The position numbers and the translations under genes are program-made. From the NCBI RefSeq assembly GCF_001186125.1, contig NW_014040431.1, forward strand, positions 78,995-98,994: a stretch of DNA of 20,000 nt, given 5' to 3'. The notes under the pieces were generated by a model that saw only the letters and a program-made list of their open reading frames with translations, was not told where the DNA came from and made no database searches. The stretch is from Sphaeroforma arctica JP610. Taxonomy: Eukaryota. Below, in pieces: positions 15,101 to 20,000 of this stretch; within the stretch, counting starts at the first letter, position 1; every line of letters starts with the position of its first letter.

Positions 15101-15727
15101 CTTATATACATTCTAAATTGCAATCTCATCTATATCAAATCTATACATACATTTAACTTACAATCTCATCTAACATACAGTTTATATATATACATACACA
15201 TATATGTATATATATATATATAAATATATATATATATTTATAAATATATATATATATATATTTATATTCTACCTTACAATCGCATCGATATCAATTCTTA
15301 CACATACACTTCAACTTACAATATCATCTGTAACATTATCTACATATACATTCAGTCAACAATCTCATCTGACCTACCTTACAATCTCATCTGTGCATCC
15401 ACATCACATACAATTCCTACAAATACATTCTAACCTACAATCTCATCATTTCTACATATGTATTCTATTTTACAATATCATCTATACAATCTATATACAA
15501 TTCTTAAATGTACACACGAACAAGTATTTTAAACCTTCCCATCGTTTACCCATTAATCTCTACCCCCACAAACAGATTGCCAGCCACATGTTCAGTGTCA
15601 AAAAGTTCTCGCAACATATGGATCACGTTTTCCAGGATCATGCGCTTCAGGTGTGTGTCTGCTTGGGATGTAGACGTTGTATGGAGGAAGCTATGATTCG
15701 GGTTGTAAGGAAGTGTGACATAAAACG

Positions 15728-15765
<38 letters not shown>

Positions 15766-18700
15766 TATATATATGTATATATATATANNNNNNNNNNNNN
15801 NNNNNNNTCATCGTAATAACTTCGTATAGCATACATTATACGAAGTTATACGAATATATATATATATATATATATAAACACCTTTTCCCCTCACAACTGC
15901 GGATCCACCACACGTGCAGGTTGCCGCCAGACTGAGCAAATGTGCCGAGGCTCAGGCGACTCTGGATATTCAACAGCTGATGCTGTGCTACACCCTGGAC
16001 TCTATCACAGCCATTGCGTTCGGCGAAAGGTTTGCTTTGCATATGTTTGTTTGTATCGCTCCTATGGTTGTCTGTGACCTACTGCCAGCCAAGGGTTTCC
16101 CTAAACCCTAAACCCTAAACCCTATTATAGCCAAGCAGAGTGATAGTACGGTTGTAATGTAGGCCAGTTCTCACTGATCTGAGCTTAGGGGCGCTATTGT
16201 TGTAAATGGCCTATCTGGTGCACACGCTGATCGCAGTGAGAAACGAATAGTTCAGTCCGGCTTGGGATACCTTGCTTTCAGTCTTTTTTAATATAGAGTT
16301 TAATTATCAGTAAATACACACTGACTGTATTTATTGTCTAAACTTTGGCTTAATGTGTACACTTGTACATGCCACGTAGTATGGTGTACATGTGTCGCAC
16401 CTTTTCTTCTATACACATACACGTTGTTGTCACGAGCGTGCCTCCACTAAACACAGTCGCCATCCATCACTACGTACACATATACTTGCATATATAACTA
16501 CAAGTATTAATGCATACACCAACATATACATATACAACTACATGCAATAATACGTACAGATATACATATATTCATAACTACATGTATAAATACCTACACG
16601 TATACATACATATATAACTACACTATCAATATGTAACATACATAAAAAACAACATGTATCAATGCGTACACAGACACACACGTATTCAACTACATGTACT
16701 ACTACATACATGTTTTGATACATTCATAACTACAGTTTCAATACGTACATGCACTATCGCGAGAATACTAATACACAAATCAGTATCGTACCTCACGTTC
16801 ATTCCGTTCCATTATACACACAGCATGGGCAGCCTGCTCACGGACACCCCCGTCGCCTTCGCAGCCTCTTTCGATCGAGCATGCAAGCTGTTGTAAGTGA
16901 AGTACTCTGACGTGACATGGACTGCATTAACCGGTGTATGGTATAATCTGAAACAAGTGCTACTGTATTATACACATACTACTGTACGATACACATACTA
17001 CTGCATGTCTGTATTGTATGTACTACTGTATGATACACATACTACTGTATGTCTGTATGTACTCTTGTATGATACACATACTACTGTATGTCTGTATTTA
17101 CTACTATATGGTACACATACTACTGTATGTTTGTATGTACAGCTGTATGATACACATGCTACTGTATGTCTGTATGTACTACTGTATGATACACATACTA
17201 CTGTATGTCTGTATGTACTACTGTATGATATACATATGTCGGGCGTGTTTGTTAAACGCAGCCATAGGTCTGCCATGCCCCCCTGCATTGCAGCAAGGCT
17301 ATGGAATGATATTTTATAGAACGCCTATGTCGATCGTGGTTAATGCGTTATGTTCAGGGTGTGATGTGTAACGTTTTGGACTATAGGTACCTATTGTAAT
17401 TCACTACTGCCTTCGCCGATATGGCATGAAAGCTATCGCAAGTAACCTTACCATCAGATCATTTGTGGAGCGTGCTGTCTCTGCGTTGCCATGACAACAG
17501 CGTATGTGCAGTGGTGCGTATCAGATGAGGTGTGAATTACGCGAAAATGTCGTGTCCGCGAGCGAGCGCCTAAATACCTGCGATACGATCTCAGAAAACA
17601 CTGAAACACAGATGTTCAGGCGGTCAACCACCCGATGTACTGACAATGACGTGACGCGCAATACAGTTACCATCTACTACCAGAGATAGTATCGATGTAC
17701 ATACGGCAGGGCTGCATACGTTCATACTCACGTACAGTTGATACTAACTTACAAACAGTTCCATACGTTCACGTTCACGTTTTCTGGATGTCTGTACTGT
17801 GTGAATACCCAGCTGGTTATGTACGATGACTAACCTCCAGTCTCCGCTTCTTCTGGCCTTTGACAGAGTGTCCGCCCGTGCCCCACTTCCGGTGTGGGTA
17901 TGTTCGGTACTTGCGTCATAGCTTTCAGATATGTTTTTAGCTATTGTGGCAGCTAGATTTGGCTACTTTTAGCTCTTTTCAGCTATTTTCAGCTATTCAT
18001 ATCTATACATCTCTATACGCGGTGCTTTCAAAACCCATGTACCAATTGATGGTAATGCACATATTCGCAGACGCAGTCGATCATACACAAAGACAATGCG
18101 CAGGGACATAGTATCCGCCTTGACTACACACACACACACAAACATATATATATATATATATATATATATCTATGTAGTTTTAAATCTATATCCATATCTA
18201 TATATATCTTCTCACTTCAGCGCACACTACATGAAGGTATAAATCAAACAAATACTGATACGTGCACCCAATACCAAACAGCTTTGGAAGGTTGCATGCT
18301 TCTTGGGCTTGCCGTGTGAAAGAGAGATAGCCGCGTGTGTAAAGGCACTCGATACGTTTGCGGGCGAGATCATAGGCCGACGGTTGGAGCGAGTGGAAAC
18401 GGGCGACAACGTATGTAGATGCCGCGCGCGTGCGTGTGTGTATGTGGTGGTACATGTGTGTAGCTATTTATATATAGTATATGTGTTTATATTTGTACAG
18501 TTATAATTTTATACAGAAAAAGATCTATATATAGTATTTGTTTATATTTGTACAGTTACAACTAAACAGAATAAGATCTATATATAGTATATGTGTTTTA
18601 ATTGTAGACAGAATAATATCTATATATAGTATATGTGTTTATATTTGTACAGTTAAAATTATATACAGAGTAAGATCTATATATATTTGTACAGTTATAA

Positions 18701-19417
18701 TTATATACAGAATGAGGTACGTTTTTTGATGTGCTGAGTGAGAGAGCTTGTGTAGAGACCTATGATACTTTGGCAGGCGAGGTCTGCAGTCGACATTTGG
18801 GGTGAGTGCACAGTTGTGATATTATGCAGTATTGAAAGTTGAATTGGTATGTACATAGATTGGTAGATGGTCTTCTATATATATACAAATGTGTTTGTAT
18901 TATATCCTCTTTTATCTCATTATATTCTATACATATACATATATGTTAAAAATAGATATAAGTAGATGTTCTTTTATAGTTGATTGCCAATAAAATATTT
19001 ACAGATATGTTTGAATTATTTTATAGTAGATGTTCTTTCATATATCTATAGATATAATTCAAATATACTCTATATAACACAGTTGTATTTGGAATAGTGT
19101 GTCGATGTGTCGGTTGCTCTATCTATTAAGACCTAAGCATAGGGCTGATTGTGAAGCAGGAGTGTACTAGCGTGCATAATACCGAAGCAAACTTTTCCTG
19201 TCTACCATTTACTACATATGCTCCGTTCATTACCTTTAGAGTCTTTATTGCGATTTCTAGTAAATCATACTTGCTAACTCGCGTCTTCCATATACCACTT
19301 TACTCACAATTGTGACGAATTTGCGACACAGGGGGATGATCTACTGTCTCTTTTTATCAAAAACGGACACAAAGACGTCAAGTATTTACGGGATGTTCTC
19401 TTCAACTTCATGATCGC
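11966..19417 (+). CDS. Cytochrome P450, CYP86-clan/CYP704/CYP94-like (fatty-acid omega-hydroxylase-type); 10 exons, ~313 aa, 3' part beyond the window
   Basis: Exons 11966-12152, 12352-12486, 13187-13262, 14293-14335, 15576-15650, 15920-16029, 16824-16892, 17867-17897, 18282-18410 and 19332-19417 splice GT-AG in frame. Motifs: N-terminal hydrophobic anchor, GPPKRLIVGN hinge, TSDPAVIEHVLKTNFLGYGKG, LLGDGIFNADGETWVHQRKIASHMFS (C-helix WxxxR), LDIQQLMLCYTLDSITAIAFG, FAASFDRA, LWK, DDLLSLF, LRDVLFNFMIA (start of the I-helix AG motif). ExxR and the haem Cys are not in the window. Confidence 0.92.
12352..12486 (+). CDS. P450 exon 2
   Basis: cacAG acceptor; LLSNLHRLNEYF...TSDPAVIEH; donor GTATGG. 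Confidence 0.9.
13187..13262 (+). CDS. P450 exon 3
   Basis: aacAG acceptor; VLKTNFLGYGKGLRFHSIFECLLGDG; donor GTAAGA. Confidence 0.92.
13518..13616. repeat. Two-copy tandem repeat, 55-bp period, in P450 intron 3
   Basis: tacgtacgagtgtgtgtggagatgtacgatgtatttgattcgaa versus tacgtaggagtgtgtgcggagatgtatggtatatttgattcgaa. Confidence 0.8.
14002..14086. repeat. About 2.2-copy 38-bp tandem repeat in P450 intron 3
   Basis: gtgtgtgtaccaataactagctaggtatgagcgtattg versus gtgtatgcaccaatatccagctaggtaaaagcgtatgg. Confidence 0.8.
14293..14335 (+). CDS. P450 exon 4 (43 nt)
   Basis: tacAG acceptor; IFNADGETWVHQRK; donor GTATGC. Confidence 0.92.
14340..14735. repeat. Degenerate minisatellite (ataggagtatatcatatgata core) in P450 intron 4
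   Basis: The core recurs, e.g. near 14390, 14470 and 14625. Confidence 0.75.
14745..15500. repeat. Minisatellite with catacattc(t/c)aacttacaatctcatctatatcaaaatc core (36/57-bp units) in P450 intron 4
   Basis: More than 10 degenerate copies of acttacaatctcatc, translating as repeated IHSNLQSHLYQN(PHLQSPY). Confidence 0.85.
15576..15650 (+). CDS. P450 exon 5
   Basis: aacAG acceptor; IASHMFSVKKFSQHMDHVFQDHALQ; donor GTGTGT. Confidence 0.88.
15812..15853. other. Roche 454 Titanium paired-end linker containing a loxP site (15816-15849); sequencing artefact
   Basis: CGTAATAACTTCGTATAGCATACATTATACGAAGTTATACGA matches the 42-nt Titanium linker as I recall it, and it sits 4 nt from a contig gap (N 15788-15807). 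Confidence 0.95.
15920..16029 (+). CDS. P450 exon 6
   Basis: tgcAG acceptor; VAARLSKCAEAQATLDIQQLMLCYTLDSITAIAFGE; donor GTTTGC. Confidence 0.9.
16099..16124. repeat. Interstitial telomere-like (CCCTAAA)3.7 tract in P450 intron 6
   Basis: ccctaaa ccctaaa ccctaaa cccta, with AGCCAAG on both sides (16087-16093 and 16129-16135). Confidence 0.8.
16824..16892 (+). CDS. P450 exon 7
   Basis: cacAG acceptor; SMGSLLTDTPVAFAASFDRACKL; donor GTAAGT. Confidence 0.88.
16957..17238. repeat. 39-bp minisatellite (gtactactgtatgatacacatactactgtatgtctgtat), ~6-7 copies, in P450 intron 7
   Basis: Seen directly; translates as repeated VLLYDTHTTVCLY. Confidence 0.9.
17867..17897 (+). CDS. P450 exon 8 (31-nt microexon)
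   Basis: Branch point TGACTAAC at 17827-17834; gacAG acceptor; LVSARAPLPVW; donor GTATGT. An exon is needed here to convert phase 2 to phase 0. Confidence 0.7.
18282..18410 (+). CDS. P450 exon 9
   Basis: aacAG acceptor; LWKVACFLGLPCEREIAACVKALDTFAGEIIGRRLERVETGDN; donor GTATGT. Confidence 0.88.
18465..18715. repeat. AT-rich ~56-bp degenerate tandem repeat (tatatatagtatatgtgtttatatttgtacagtta...acaga...agatc) in P450 intron 9
   Basis: About 5 copies seen directly. Confidence 0.8.
19332..19417 (+). CDS. P450 exon 10 (H-helix to I-helix)
   Basis: cacAG acceptor; GDDLLSLFIKNGHKDVKYLRDVLFNFMIA; phase-2 donor GTATGT. Confidence 0.9.
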
Positions 19418-19892
19418 GTATGTTATGACCTGAAATTGAGTAATAACGCACATGTTGTGTATACATCTGAATAGAGGCATATCAATATCTGAGCGGCTGT
19501 AGGTATGAGGATATATGCGAGTAGGTTGTATGTACATTTTCACCAGAATATGTTGCTGGCTTTGCTTAGTGGATGTGATTTTAGATATAGGCACGAGTAC
19601 GTATACGAGTATAGAGCAGGTACACTCTCACCAGGATATGCCGTTGACACTTAGTGGATGTAACTTGAGAAGATGCTTACACAAGCCCACTCCTATTGGA
19701 AATTTAGAGACTTTGTGTCTGTCCTAACTACATACAGCGCTTTGAGCTTCACAATGAATATGAACTATTTTTAAAACTACATAAAAGTGCACGTTATAGT
19801 GCTAAACAAGCACACCTCCATCACACCACAGAAAAAACCCCGCAGCGGCACAGCTGCAAACTGAAACACAGAAAGAGACATAAGTGTACATG

Positions 19893-19924
19893 TACACACA
19901 CACACACACTCTCTCTCTCTCTAT

Positions 19925-20000
<76 letters not shown>
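19893..20000. repeat. (CA)n/(CT)n microsatellite in P450 intron 10
   Basis: Seen directly. Confidence 0.95.

Noticed and set aside
15816..15849. Native Cre/lox-type recombination system or prophage P1 remnant
   Set aside because: The flanks match the 454 Titanium linker, it abuts a gap, and no recombinase or phage sequence is nearby.
16957..17238. CRISPR-like array or repeat protein (VLLYDTHTTVCLY)n
   Set aside because: Head-to-tail repeats with no unique spacers, intronic, and no cas genes. The frames stay open only because the unit is 39 bp.

Overview
Draft-assembly window from an intron-rich eukaryote, with (AT)n/(CA)n microsatellites, four N gaps and a Roche 454 paired-end linker. The RhoA-type GTPase suggests an opisthokont, possibly an ichthyosporean such as Sphaeroforma (inference only). 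Three genes can be built by hand. (1) An intronless secreted/lysosomal gamma-glutamyl hydrolase (+, 3327-4364). (2) A 4-exon, 193-aa RhoA/Rho1-like GTPase (-, 9445-6729) with unusual switch-I substitutions. (3) The first 10 exons (~313 aa) of a CYP86-clan/CYP704-like cytochrome P450 (+, from 11966), which runs off the window at the I-helix. A fourth candidate gene, only partly visible in the ORF track, would encode a small secreted acidic Cys-rich protein (-, 1981-1474). The perfect loxP site at 15816-15849 is a library artefact. Most long ORF-track entries are microsatellite or gap translations. I see no convincing new multi-gene system. The best leads are the secreted microprotein, the divergent Rho, a paired Gcn4/AP-1 palindrome and a short intronic TTTAGGG tract with a flanking direct repeat.
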